From Dimorphilus gyrociliatus (taxonomy: Eukaryota > Animalia > Annelida): a DNA stretch of 64,000 nt. The stretch covers positions 372,001 through 436,000 of the forward strand of contig CAJFCJ010000015.1 of assembly GCA_904063045.1 (NCBI GenBank). The letters are read 5' to 3'. The position numbers and the translations under genes were made by a program. Shown here piece by piece: positions 12,501 through 24,776 of the stretch (position 1 is the stretch's first letter; every line of letters begins with the position of its first letter). The notes under the pieces are model-generated. The model was given only the letters and a program-made list of their open reading frames with translations, was not told the DNA's origin and made no database searches.

Positions 12501-15500
12501 GAGAGAGAGAAAAAAAAAAAGAAATGAATGAGAGAAACCACCATCAAGAAGTCCAGTGTTTAAGGTTACTATATATACCCGTAATTTGTGAGAGAGAAAA
12601 TGTTATTTAATCCAATCTTTCTAGAGATGAGCTTCGGTTAGATACGGTTATAAAAGAAAATGATCTTCTCTTAGGTACTTAAAAGATCTTTTAGATAAAC
12701 ACTGAAAAAATTGTTTTTTCATTGGATTCCATTCTGTAAATAAGCATGCAATATACGATAAAAATAAACATCATTAAAGAAACTACTTATAATATCAAAC
12801 CGATGATAAAAAATAAATATACTATAAGCCTTTAGGCCCCTATTTCTTTGATTATTTTGAAAAAAAGGAAGTGTTTTTTCACAATCTTCCTATCGCCCAC
12901 CCTCCTACCCCCGTAAGTAACTCAATATTTCATTAGCTTTCTCTTTACTATTTCAACTACCCTTTTCACCTTATATTTCCTTTCCTCTCTTCACCCACTT
13001 TTTATCTTTTTTTGCTCCATTTCTCCTCTCTAGATATTAAATATATGTATTTATGTAAATTATTTATTGTTTTGTACCCATTTCATCATTTCAATACTAG
13101 CGCCATCTATACTTGCTTCCTTGCACTCTTTTTAAATAGGGGTCGATTAATATTGAAAATTTGCATATTTTTGTAAGAAAAAAAGAGTCGTTCACTAAAA
13201 AGACCGACACTGTTCGAAAACGTTCATTATTTGGAAAAATCGAATAGAGTATTCTTAGCTTTTTCTTCCCTTTTTTATTTTTCCCATTTAAAACATGAAA
13301 TAGGCCTACTCAATTAGCAGGTATATACAAAATATTTAGTAATAGGTAAAAGCTTAGAATACAATAGTTTTTTATCGATATTAACGATAGTTTAAGGAAT
13401 TTCTTATAGATTAGCTGATGTCTTTGGAAATTAGACGTTAAATCATTAGAATTTAATAAAAGGTTTCGTTGGATTAGAAAAAAACTAGTGCTGAGAGTTA
13501 ATGTTACTGTTTATTACAAAGAGGTAATAAAGTGCGTGTAAACACTCATCCTAATCAGATATTATCTGTTAAATAAGTGTTTGTCGTCGTTGAACGCCAC
13601 CTGTTGAAGAGTTAGATAAGACTCGGAGGCGTTTGGCAAACACATGTAGAATATATCGAAAATAGTTTTTTTTTTAATACTAAGAAGAAAATATGTCTGA
13701 ATTTCAGTTGCAACATTTAGTCGTCGAAGGAGAGCTACCTTGCGAAAAGGAAGACGCAGCTATGTTAGCTGGAATTCAACAGCACCTTGAAGAAGCTTGG
13801 CCGGAAGAAGATGATAACGACGATCAAGAACAAGTAGAACAAGAATTATTAGATTGTGATTATCAAAAGAAGGAAAGAAAAGACTATCTATTAAAACACA
13901 GGTAAGAGGGGAATTTTTCTATTTTGCTAACACTTTTTTTTGTTGCTATTATGCAAGAAAATTTGCATTTATTACGTTTTATTCCGACTTTTTATGACTA
14001 TTATTCGCTTTTTTTTCAACTCTTTTTAATTACCCATAGGCCTAAAAAATTGACAAGTACAAGGAGAAAAGGAAAGTTAACTAAATCGTTGTTATGCCTT
14101 CACGAAGACGGCTTAGGTATGCCTTGCATGCAGAATGAAGAAAGTCAGGCGTTGGCAAAGTGCCTACCTCCAGAATATAGGCACGTTAAAGTAGTAGAAA
14201 AATTAGTTGAGGTAAGAAGATGATATTTAGCTTAATGACAATAGTAATAAAAGTACCTTCATTAATCATTTTCTTATAGGACAAGATGCATCGACTCTTT
14301 CATACTCCTTATTACGATAACGAACTGAAATTGAAGCAACTGTATGTTAAAATCTGCAAAAATCTTGCTGCATATGATTGTAAGCTGTATCCAGTAAAAG
14401 AAGTAGAAACGGCTCGCGGTTCTATTAAGAAGCGTACGAATCGTCTATTAGGAATAAATCCTGAAAAGTTAGTTCTATTGGATAGAAAAACAAAAAAGAA
14501 CATTCAAGTTCATCGAATGAACGAAATTACTTCATTAGAAGAACACAAATCAAGTGATATTATTACTTTAGAATTCCGTGGGTCTGCTCCATGGCGTTTA
14601 ACGTCTTCCTCTATTAGTAATTTAAAGTCAGCGCTACAGGATGTTATGGATCCAAGCGTTACCAATGCTAATATATTCCATCATAATATGCTAGAATTTT
14701 CATCAACAAATCAAGAACAAGAAATAACTTCCGATTATGCGGACGAACTGAAGCAAATGACCGATCTTTTACACTTTCCAGAGGAGGTAGCTGCTTTAAT
14801 GACCAGAAAAGAATACGAACAATTTAACAATGTTAAGCCTATATACTATATTAGGCAAGTAACTGTTGAACTAAACAAGATAATGAGAGATAGCTCAGAG
14901 CCAACAGTTCAAAATTTGGTTAATAGGTTCAACGAAGTTAGCGCATGGATAACTCAAATTATAATAGATCAACAAAGCTATGAAGATAGGAAAGCCGTTT
15001 TAACTTGTATAATACGCTTGGCCGTTACTTGTTTTACTTTAGGAAATTTTAATACCACTGTCGAAATATTAGCTGGTTTAAAATCGCATAAGTTAAAACC
15101 GTTTTGGTTATGCATTCAAGACGAAGACTTAAGTTCCCTAACTACTTTGGAAAGTGTATTGTTGACTTGTAGAGAATGTACGGACGAATATAGGCAAGCT
15201 ATCTACAGAGCTTTAGATATGCCTGGTTGTCGAGTAATACCTTTCTTCGGAAGTTTTTTAAGGGATATAAGATCAATACTTTATGGTATTCCAAGTATAG
15301 TAGTTCTACCAACAGAAGGATGTCAACATTTGGAGGTGAGAATACGCTAATTTGATTTATCGTTGATTTCGTAGTTGTTTTTACTCAAATTCCATTTCAT
15401 ATAAAAACGTATAAGGTTTCTTAAGGAAAAGTAATTGTGTCTTAAGGGGAGTTTAGTTATTGGATCTCCAATTTTTCCTAGATTAAATTTACCTGTTTAT

Positions 15501-18500
15501 ACATGTTTTGTTTATCTGATTGTAAATAATAATAAATTATCTGTATAGACTATTTAATATTAATTAGCGAATAAGAACAGGGGCGAGTTTCTCTCTTCCC
15601 TTATTATAACCAACTACTGTATATATATTAGCTTGAATGATGACTTTTATATTAAACATTATCCATTATCGTCTCTTTTCTCTTTTCAGCATATTTCTGA
15701 TTTCGCCGGTGAAGATAGATTTATGACACGTATTGGAGTTGGTGGACTAATCAATATGGAAAAAATTCAACAAAGTCATGTGATCCTTAATGATATACAT
15801 CTCTTCCAGGAGCATGCAAGGATACAGGAAACTCAAAGAATTACAGAGGATAACGATGATGAAAAAGAGGAAAAGAATATTTACGAAGATGATAGTGATT
15901 ATGATCTTAATACATCATATCATTCTTTCGCTAAGTCTACCACTAGCAATCATGGAGTTATGATGATATCTCCAAAGTCATCCAAAATAAGATTACACGA
16001 TCTACAAACTCTCTATCATGGAACAACTGTCGTTAGATGGGATTCGTCCAGTGGACAGAGTTCTATTTGCTTTCTAAAATTGGAAAATGATACAGGAACA
16101 TTGGCCTGGAGAAGGCCACCGTGGAGTGGTTTAAAAGGCGCCACACCAACTCCTCCAGGGCATCCCCAGTATATCCTAAATAGGGATATTGATTGTCCTC
16201 AAACGTGCGCATTATATGCAAGGTATAATGCTGGAATCAATGTTATAGAAGATATGGAAGAAGGTCATGTAGATTTGGCTGCAGTAAAGTCTATTACTTT
16301 AGGTAGCACAAGTGCAGATCTAAATTCTATTGCTAGGAAGCACAATATGCTATCTTTAACATCTAATAACTGCTTAACAATTATTCATGGAGCAAATTTA
16401 CCGGAAAATAGGCCTATCGAATTTATTTTTCCATCGTTAACAGCTCGAATTTGGCACAGAGCACTTAAAAGGTTAGTGCATGGTATGCAAATTCTACGAG
16501 GCAGAAATACAGATTTACGACTTCATTGGCTTAAGGAACAATATTTGCAATTATATTACGAAACGGATACACCCCGTAGGCCTATTGCTGCCGATGCCAT
16601 TAAGTTATTCGGGGGTAGGAAATGGCCAAATGAAAATACAAGATCAACATCTCAGGAGAAGGCAACACAACCGTTAGGTTTACATAGGACTAATTCCGTA
16701 TTACCAGGTCATACAAAGGCTAATAAGAAGAAGAGTGCAACGGGTGTTCTCCCAAACAGAGACACACCCAAAAAGGCAACCTTTACAACAGATTTTTCTC
16801 AAAGAAAACAAGTTGATGATAGCAAATTTAAAAAGAATTCAACAACAAAGAAATTTAATCCATCTTCGTTATTTAGGCCTAGAAATATAACGTTTAATTT
16901 TGTGTCTTTGGGTTTCAAGCCTAACGATCCAAAAAGGTTATCATTTCGTCATAAGGTTAATGAAAGAAGGCATGATAATATTACTAGAACGATGGTCTTG
17001 GATTTTTTGGACTTTGTCGAACTATTTAAAGCTTTCAGCTTAAGGTGTAGAAAGGATTTATTTCAAGAATTCGCAAGGTAATTAGTAACTAAATTAAAAA
17101 TGGTATAATGATGTTGTGTTTTTTTTCCTTTTCCTCCTTCTCACCTTTCTCTTCTTTCCGTTTCTGACTCTCGTTTCTCTTGATCAGATATGCTACTACA
17201 ACTCCAATAGAATGGAAGATGCCCAAGGAACTATTGGAATGGAAATGTGATAAGCACGAATTAGGTATCATAACACGCAATTCGATCCTAGACGAACGCC
17301 TGGAATCCCAATCAAAAGTTCAAATTGATATCATGGCTTTATCGAGTGTTATTCATAACTCAGCAACATGCAGTGTATCAACATTTAATGCTGCTCAGAA
17401 AGGGCGACAGAATGAAGGACGGTTAAGTGATTCATCAACTAATATTGCTTCGGATAAAAGTTGTATGGGAATAGCCGAGTTAAAACAATTTTTAATTAAA
17501 GAGCAGGAAGAAACAAACGTTTCAGATGAAAGATGCATGCAAATCATAGCCGTAAGTTTTATCTTTATTATAAAAATCAATAGTTTATTAAATCGATACT
17601 TATTTTTTTTAATCTATTAGAGACACGAACGAGATCCGGAATTTAGAAAGTTGTGCAAGTTAAGCGCCGAAGGTTTTGCTAGATATCTAATGGACAAAGA
17701 GAACTATGCATTTGTATCAGAACATGCAAAGCAGTCAGACGAGGTTTTTATCTTTATCCCTTACATTCGCCATTTTAACCTTTTTTTAAATATCGCTCGC
17801 TTCAATTTACCATTATCTATTAGTATAGTTGTACTTTGCAAATTGAAGAATTTATAAATAATAATATAAACGGTAGAGACATCTAGAATGGTTTCTTTAT
17901 AAGATCCATTTTTTTCTCCATCAATCCTACGCGTTTCTTTTTCGTTGTGTTAAGTAATTAACGTTGACAGAAAAAATTACTTTTTTTATGATGACTAATT
18001 TTTCCATCAGCATAATGCAAAGACATTGACTTGCTAAAACGTAATCATTGCATTCGTAGCTCATTAGACAAGTCTTTTAGCTGTTTTAGGAGAAAATAGG
18101 AGAAAAAAGAGATAGTAAGCGGGTAGATGGGATTGATATGGTAAGAGGGAAACGACGTAGAATTAATATTAAAAAAGGCTCAAATACTTTGTCAGTGTAA
18201 TAGGTTAAAGGAGTAACGGGATTTTTTCTCTACCATTCTCTATTCGCCATCTCAGTAAATTGGGGGAAGATGGTTAAGAACATAAACAAATTCAGCCTTT
18301 TCATTTTTTTTCTTATCTTCTCATTCAGTCTTAATCTTCCTTTATATTTTCCTTTTCTTTTTTAATTCTTTAGGACATGGATCATCCATTATCCCATTAC
18401 TATATTGAATCTTCTCACAATACTTACTTAACTGGCCATCAGTTACGTGGTGAAAGTTCAGTGGATATTTACAGTCAGGTTCTATTGTCCGGATGCAGAT

Positions 18501-21500
18501 GTGTTGAATTGGATTGCTGGGATGGAGATGACGGATACCCAATTATTTATCATGGACATACTCTCACCTCTAAAATATCTTTTAGGGTATGTTGGTGTTT
18601 ACAAACAAATAGGCAAAAAGAGAAAATTTTGGATATAGGTGGCAGCAATAGCTGATAGGAAAGAAAATAATTAACGGCTTTAGTAAGGCCACATGTAAAC
18701 GTAATAGAAGGTAATCAATATTTAGACGTAAAGGCAGAAAGAGGAGAGGTAAAAAAACAAATCCAAAAAGCTGGTAGGAAGGGTTCGTAATCGTATTATA
18801 TTAATAGGTTTACAAAGACGAAAGGATTCCTCGACTATTTGTAATAAGACAGACAAATAGAGAGAGAGAGAGAGAAAATAACACAGAGAGTGAGGCAGAG
18901 AAGGATGGAGAGAGGGTCAACGAAGGAAAAAGTTAGCAAAACAAAAAATTTTAGTAGATATAGAGAGATAGACAGCTATACAGCAATAAAGTAAACTGTA
19001 ATTTTCTGAAACAAGACAATTAACCAAAGTTTCTCTTTATAATCAACAAATTATTTGCAATAATGTATAGTAAAAAATTTTATTGTCTCTTTTAGAGTGC
19101 TGTTGAGGCAATCAGTAAGAGTGCTTTCATAACTTCTCCTTATCCAGTTATTCTTTCTATTGAAAATCATTGTTCACTGGCTCAACAACAGAAAATGGCA
19201 AAGATATTCATTGTAAACTATTCATTTTTTACTTTTAATACTTTTGGAAAAAAGTATTTTTATACTACTTAAAATATTACAGGATGTCATCGGTGATCAT
19301 CTTTTGAAAGACTTCCTTAGCGATTCACATTTACTGGAAGATGCTAATTTACCATCTCCTAATCAGTTGAAATATAAAATCCTTATTAAGAATAAGAAAT
19401 TACGAATGTCGGAGAACCATAATGCAAGATATAGAGCTTCTGATAGTGGGCGACCCAGTCTGCCAGCACCATATGATGACGACGATGATGAAGAGTATGA
19501 CGATGAGGATGATACTATGTGTAAGTACTAAATATTCCTGGAATTATAGAAATTGGCTTATGAACGCTTAATTTTATTCTGATAGCGAGAGACATACGTC
19601 AGTCATCGGCAGCTACACCGGAAGTGTGCGTGGAAAAATGTTCCGAGCCCAAATCCTCTCCACTCTTTAATACATTAAAGATAATGGAAGGAGAAATAGA
19701 TAGGCCACGCTCCAGTTCATTTGGTTCGCAAAAGGCCTTATCCCCTAATGGTAGACAGTCCCGTCCTAGATCTGGTTCACTTGGTAACGTCTCAGTGGGT
19801 CAAGAGAAAAAATTGGCTATAGCGACTCTGTCTCAATCGCCAAGTGATACAAATTTATATATTGACTCAGAAAAGATGATAAGCCCAGATACGCCAAGCA
19901 GTGCTAGTCGCTCTTGGTCGAGAAAAAATACGTTTAAGAAACCAAAAAGTAGTAATGAGAGTTACGATGCAAAGATTAGTAGTACTTCATCTCATTCCGC
20001 GTGTAGGGTAAGGTCTAGAGAAAGTGAAAGTGAAGCAACCTACCCCTCTAGGCGAACTTCTTACGAAGAGACCAAATTACACTCAGTTAATAGACCTAAA
20101 AGTTCGATGGATGCTTTTGATTGGCAATTCGATCCTTCCGGTCAAAGCGTTGCATCTGATCACGATTCTCCACCAAAGAATAAAAGGAAAAAAGCAGCTA
20201 TTGCCCAAGAATTATCTGATTTAGTTATATATACACAAGCTGTAAAGTTTCGAGGCGTTAGTTCGATGACAAGTAGTATTCAGAGTAAATTAAAGAAAAG
20301 TACCGGTAGGAGAAGCGGAAGTCAAATTACTCTCGAAAGTGAGAGAAGTGAATTAAGTGTTCCAACTTTTGGCAACTCGAAATTGTCCCGGATAGTGAGA
20401 AATGGACCTAATTGCTTTCAATTACCATCATTAAACGAAGGCAAAGCCAAGCAGGTGTGCAGAAGACAACCAACATTAGTAGTTACTCACACGGAAAGGA
20501 ATTTAATGCGAACTTATCCCGCCCCTACAAGGATTGATAGTAGTAACTTTAATCCTGTAATATTCTGGGCTTTTGGTATACAAATGGTAGCTTTGAACTA
20601 TCAAACGGAAGACACACCCATGCAGGTTCAAACGGCGATGTTCGAGCAAAACTGTCGTTCTGGATACGTTTTAAAACCAAGGATGATGTGGGATAAGACA
20701 CATCCGTTGTTCGGTAGATTCAATCCCTGGGATAAAGAGTTAGATGCCGTAAATGCTTGCAAATTGGAAATAACAGTTATTTCTGGCCAATATGCCTGTC
20801 CTAATAACTTTAACGGTCATCCAATGGTCGAAGTTGAAATATTTGGAATCCCTTGCGATTGTACAAAATATAAATGCAAAACAATTAAGGAGAATGCTGT
20901 AAATCCTATTTGGAATGAGAGTTGCTCTTTTCCATTGATGATGCCTGATCTCTGCTTCGTCCGATTTACTGTCATAGATACAAACGCCGGGCAAACTGTT
21001 GCCGCCCAACGAGTCATACCTGTAAAGAGGCTTAGATCTGGCTATAGACACCTAAGATTAAGAACACCTGGAAATCAGAAACTAGAACTTTCTTCACTAT
21101 TCATAAAAACCCATCAGAGAGAGTTGGATAATTTAAGCGAATGTGGAAATTTATCATTAGATAGTTACAAAACGGATAAATCTGAATCAATCAATATACC
21201 TTTCTTCCCCTTCGTAAAACAGGTAAGAGTTTTTTCAATAGCCCATCTATCTAAAGATTTCGTCTTTTTTAAGTTTTAAATTTGGTGTTGTTTCGCATGA
21301 TTTTTGTTGTACCCAAATATTGTAAAATAATACAGCAAAAGAAGTTGAATCGCTTCATTAAGTACCTATCAAGTCTACCTTCGCTCAAGAAGCAATTCGT
21401 TAGTAATTCAATGGAAAATTTGGCTAATTTTCAAAGTAGAAGATGTAGCGAACCAGTATTGCTAACGAAAAAGAAAGCTGAAACTTTTCCAAAAAGTCCT

Positions 21501-23441
21501 TTATCTACGTACAAACATACGAGAAGTGCTTCTGATACAGTTCTTAAGCACTACGACGATTTGACAACAGTTAAGAGCAAATTAGATGTTCATGATGAAG
21601 GAAGTGGAGAAGAAGCTTCTAAGCCTGTAAAAAGAGCTTTAAAACAAACTTTTAGCTGCATATTACCGAAAGTAGAACGTTCAACTCGCTATACAAGATT
21701 TGCAACGTCCGAAAAATCTATATTAAAATCATCAAATCTGGCTAAATTAAAGGAAAAACAAACTAAAGAAAAACTTAATGAAAAACCTGTAAAAACAAAA
21801 AACAATTAAAAATATAAAACGATAATCAAAGTTGAACTTTTCAAGAAAAAAAAAACGTTAAAAAAATATAAAAACAAGAACTATTTTGGTGCTATTCTAT
21901 AATTAGAGATGGCGAATTAAGGCTTATTTACGTAGATGTTGTCAACAATCCATATAAAATACACAAGGTTGTGGGAATGTTTATGTCGTTTTCGCTTATA
22001 AATTATACCCGCTTTTACCCATAAAAGGTTCGTTTTTTTTTCTCTCTATCTCTCTTTATTTATCTCAGCAAAATATTATTATTGTAAATCAAATTCGTGT
22101 ATATACTTCTTCTTATTATTATTTAGTTTAAATATTGTAAAGCACTGTTTATATATAATAAATATATAAGGGAAAAGTTCTATTATTAACAGATGACCTT
22201 ATAGAGAATTACTATCTTTTCAGAATATACCAAACCATAAAAGAAGAGGATTTCAAATCAATATCTACGGTGTAACGACTTTCGAGGAGTATACATCAAT
22301 CAAGGTTACCCAAGAGGCGACTGTTTATGAAGCTATTCAAATGGTAAATAACGCAAATAGGCTTAAAAATGAATTAAAAAGGCTTCTTATTTATTTTTTG
22401 CCCGTTATAATTTATTCTATATTTCCTCTATGAAGGTTTTACAAAAGGCAAATAAAGTTGAAGATTCTGCCGATGATTACGCTCTAATTGAGCATGTTTA
22501 TCGAAACTGGCACCGGAACGAAGCAGATCGGGGCACACAACGACTTTTAGACCCAAAGGAAAAGATAATGCTTGCCCAGAGTAAATGGAAAGGCCAAGGA
22601 CGCTTTGTTTTAATAAAGAAGAATAACGATCCAAGCACTAGAGCTTGGATAAGTACTTTTTATAAAGACCAAAAGAGACGACAAGAATCGCAAGATGGAG
22701 TTGGTCAAGATAGTGAATGGGTTGAGCAAACTAGTAATCAAATATTTATAGTGTGCATTCATAACGTTTCTGATGAACAAAAGTATACGATACTACAAGC
22801 TCCGATTACAAGTACATCTCAGGATGTTATATCACAGGTTGAATAGTAGAATAATTCACCGAGTATAAGTTTAAGTAACTTTTCTCTTTTATTCCTCTTT
22901 CGATAGGCTATTATCAAGGGACGTCGAAAAGAGCGACCGAGTCAGTTTGTCCTTGTTGAAGAGACATCTACAAATATTTCAGGGAGATCTACTCCTGCGT
23001 ACCGAATTTTGGCTGATGATGAAAATGTTTATGCAGCTCAGCAGGCCTGGAGAGCCAGTAGCGCTAATTTTGTTCTAATGGATAGAACTAAAGCATTCGA
23101 GCTGTTGGAAAAAACTCAAAAATCATCGAAATCTGGAGCGTTACAAAAATTACATATGATGAAGTTACCGTCAGCGTTCACAAAAAAGAAAAGTAGCAAG
23201 GAGAGTGATGGTAAGTTTGATTCTGTTAAGAGCAATTTGACGTCATGAGAATATCAAAATAACGTATTAACTAATATCTTTAATAGAAAATGATGCAAGT
23301 AATAGAAGAACCAGAAGTTTGCCCGAAACGGCTAATTTACAAGTTCGAATTACTAGAACAAGCGATTCCGGTTTACTAACTTCCGGAAGAAAGTCGCGTT
23401 CCCCATCTCCAAGCCTTCGATCAATGGATCGAGCACCATAG
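991..23441 (+). CDS. PLCE1: Phospholipase C epsilon (RasGEF-PH-EF-X/Y-C2-RA1-RA2), 23 coding exons, about 3072 aa
   Basis: Hand-spliced exons: 991-1063, 2150-2340, 6338-6440, 6513-7129, 7356-7498, 8508-8611, 8684-8841, 9186-9437, 10794-11888, 13708-13901, 14040-14211, 14280-15335, 15690-17077, 17188-17551, 17621-17743, 18374-18586, 19096-19212, 19283-19520, 19586-21222, 22224-22343, 22436-22837, 22907-23210, 23287-23441. All introns are GT-AG with matching phases; total 9219 nt, divisible by 3. X-box [18 protein letters not shown]...[11 protein letters not shown]...[11 protein letters not shown] has both catalytic His. Y-box ELSDLVIY...[16 protein letters not shown]...ALNYQT carries the epsilon-type internal insert. 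C2 is at about 20760-21120. A CDC25-like region ([26 protein letters not shown]...IPFFG) and two RA domains follow the expected order. The two 5'-most exons, the acceptor at 13708 and the last exon are the least certain. Confidence 0.95.
1815..1878. repeat. (TA)n microsatellite
   Basis: About 32 uninterrupted TA units, ending in TACAGTA at 1877-1883. Confidence 0.95.
3748..3771. repeat. (CT)n microsatellite
   Basis: Perfect CT dinucleotide run in PLC-epsilon intron 2. Confidence 0.85.
5718..5739. repeat. (TTG)n trinucleotide repeat
   Basis: tgttgttgttgttgttgttgtt; it explains the poly-Leu start of ORF 5717..5935. Confidence 0.85.
9535..9567. repeat. (TC)n microsatellite
   Basis: Perfect TC run in a PLC-epsilon intron; a (TG)n run lies nearby at about 9921-9940. 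Confidence 0.9.
21336..21809 (+). CDS. Candidate alternative terminal (or cassette) exon of PLC-epsilon between C2 and RA1, 157 aa plus stop
   Basis: Acceptor aatacag ends at 21335, in phase 0 with the donor at 21223. The frame stays open for 474 nt to TAA at 21807-21809. AATAAA lies at 22157-22162, before the RA1 exon. Confidence 0.55.
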   Translation, partial: QKKLNRFIKYLSSLPSLKKQFVSNSMENLANFQSRRCSEPVLLTKKKAETFPKSPLSTYKHTRSASDTVLKHYDDLTTVKSKLDVHDEGSGEEASKPVKRALKQTFSCILPKVERSTRYTRFATSEKSILKSSNLAKLKEKQTKEKLNEKPVKTKNN

Positions 23442-24776
23442 AAACAAAATATATCACAAAATAAACAAACAAAAACAACAACTACTAATATAATCTACAG
23501 AAGAATATTTTTAGGCCTAAAACTTTGATCTTTTAATTATCAAAAACACTTTTTCTATATTTTCTACACCGAGCTTTCATTAAATAATGCAGAAATTGTT
23601 ATACGAAAAAAAGACTAGAAGGAGAAGACGAAATAGAAGAGATAGAGGAGGAGAAAGAAAAAAACACAAAGAAGCAGAAGAAGCAAAGAGAAAGGAGAAG
23701 ATGATGATGTTGAAGAAGATACAGATGAGAATGACAATAATACGATAATGAGAATACGGAAAATATAACTTTCAATTAAAAGCAGAAAAAGAAAATATTT
23801 GATTTTTTTTTTGTATATTACTATGAAACTTTGAGCAAAGAAAAATGCCTCTCTTTATACATAATTATAGGGGATTTTCTTTTGTTACCATCTCTTTTTG
23901 ATAATGATAAAGCAGACGATAATTATTATAATGACGACTGTGGATAAACTTCCTATTTTGTTTAATTCTTTTCTCTTATTTTTTATTGACGTTTACATAT
24001 ATATACAGTATATATAAATTTATATATATATATAAGTAAGCATTTATTTATGGACTTTAAATGGGGTGTTTAAGCTGCAGAATGTATTAAAATTAAGTAT
24101 ACGTATATTCTATATTGTATACAATATGTAAAATTGCATATTTTTGTGCATACATCTGCAATTTTATGCTCAAACACTTGTAATAAAATACTTTTAGTTG
24201 TATAACGAAATATTTTGTATACTGCAAAAAAAAAAAGAACACAGTTTTCTATGTTGTCTCCAAAAAATACAGTTTTATTACAATGATTTTAACAAATCGA
24301 GAATAAAGATATACTGCATAGGTAATATATGGAGCATATGCACCACCACAAATTCTTGTTTCCAGATAAAGATAGAAAATAATTGTGTCCTTGGCTGCAT
24401 TCAATTATATAGTATTAGTTAAGAAGATCGCTAAATATCTCGTAAGAGTAGCAGGATTTACCAGTAAAGAGATGGAAAGGATAATGACAAAACTTTACCC
24501 CATAAACTCCTTTTCAAAATGAAAAGTTAAGCTAAAAATTAGTTTCATTACTATTTTTCTTATATAAAATAAAGCAAAATTATTAATTTTTTTGATATTA
24601 ATAATTCATTTATTAAAGAAAGCTTTTGCAAATTTTTTATGTATTTTAGTAAATTGTTTTATGTAAGAAAGAAATTATAATTCAAGCATTTATAATTTAA
24701 ATAATGCAAAATTATGAAATTGCTAACCTATTAGCAGTTTTTTCTCACTTATAGATGTAATCATACAAAAGAGAAC

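Noticed and set aside
23620-23760. Purine-rich stretch that translates to an acidic/basic low-complexity peptide after the PLC-epsilon stop
   Set aside because: Simple GA-rich sequence in the probable 3' UTR with no convincing splice sites.
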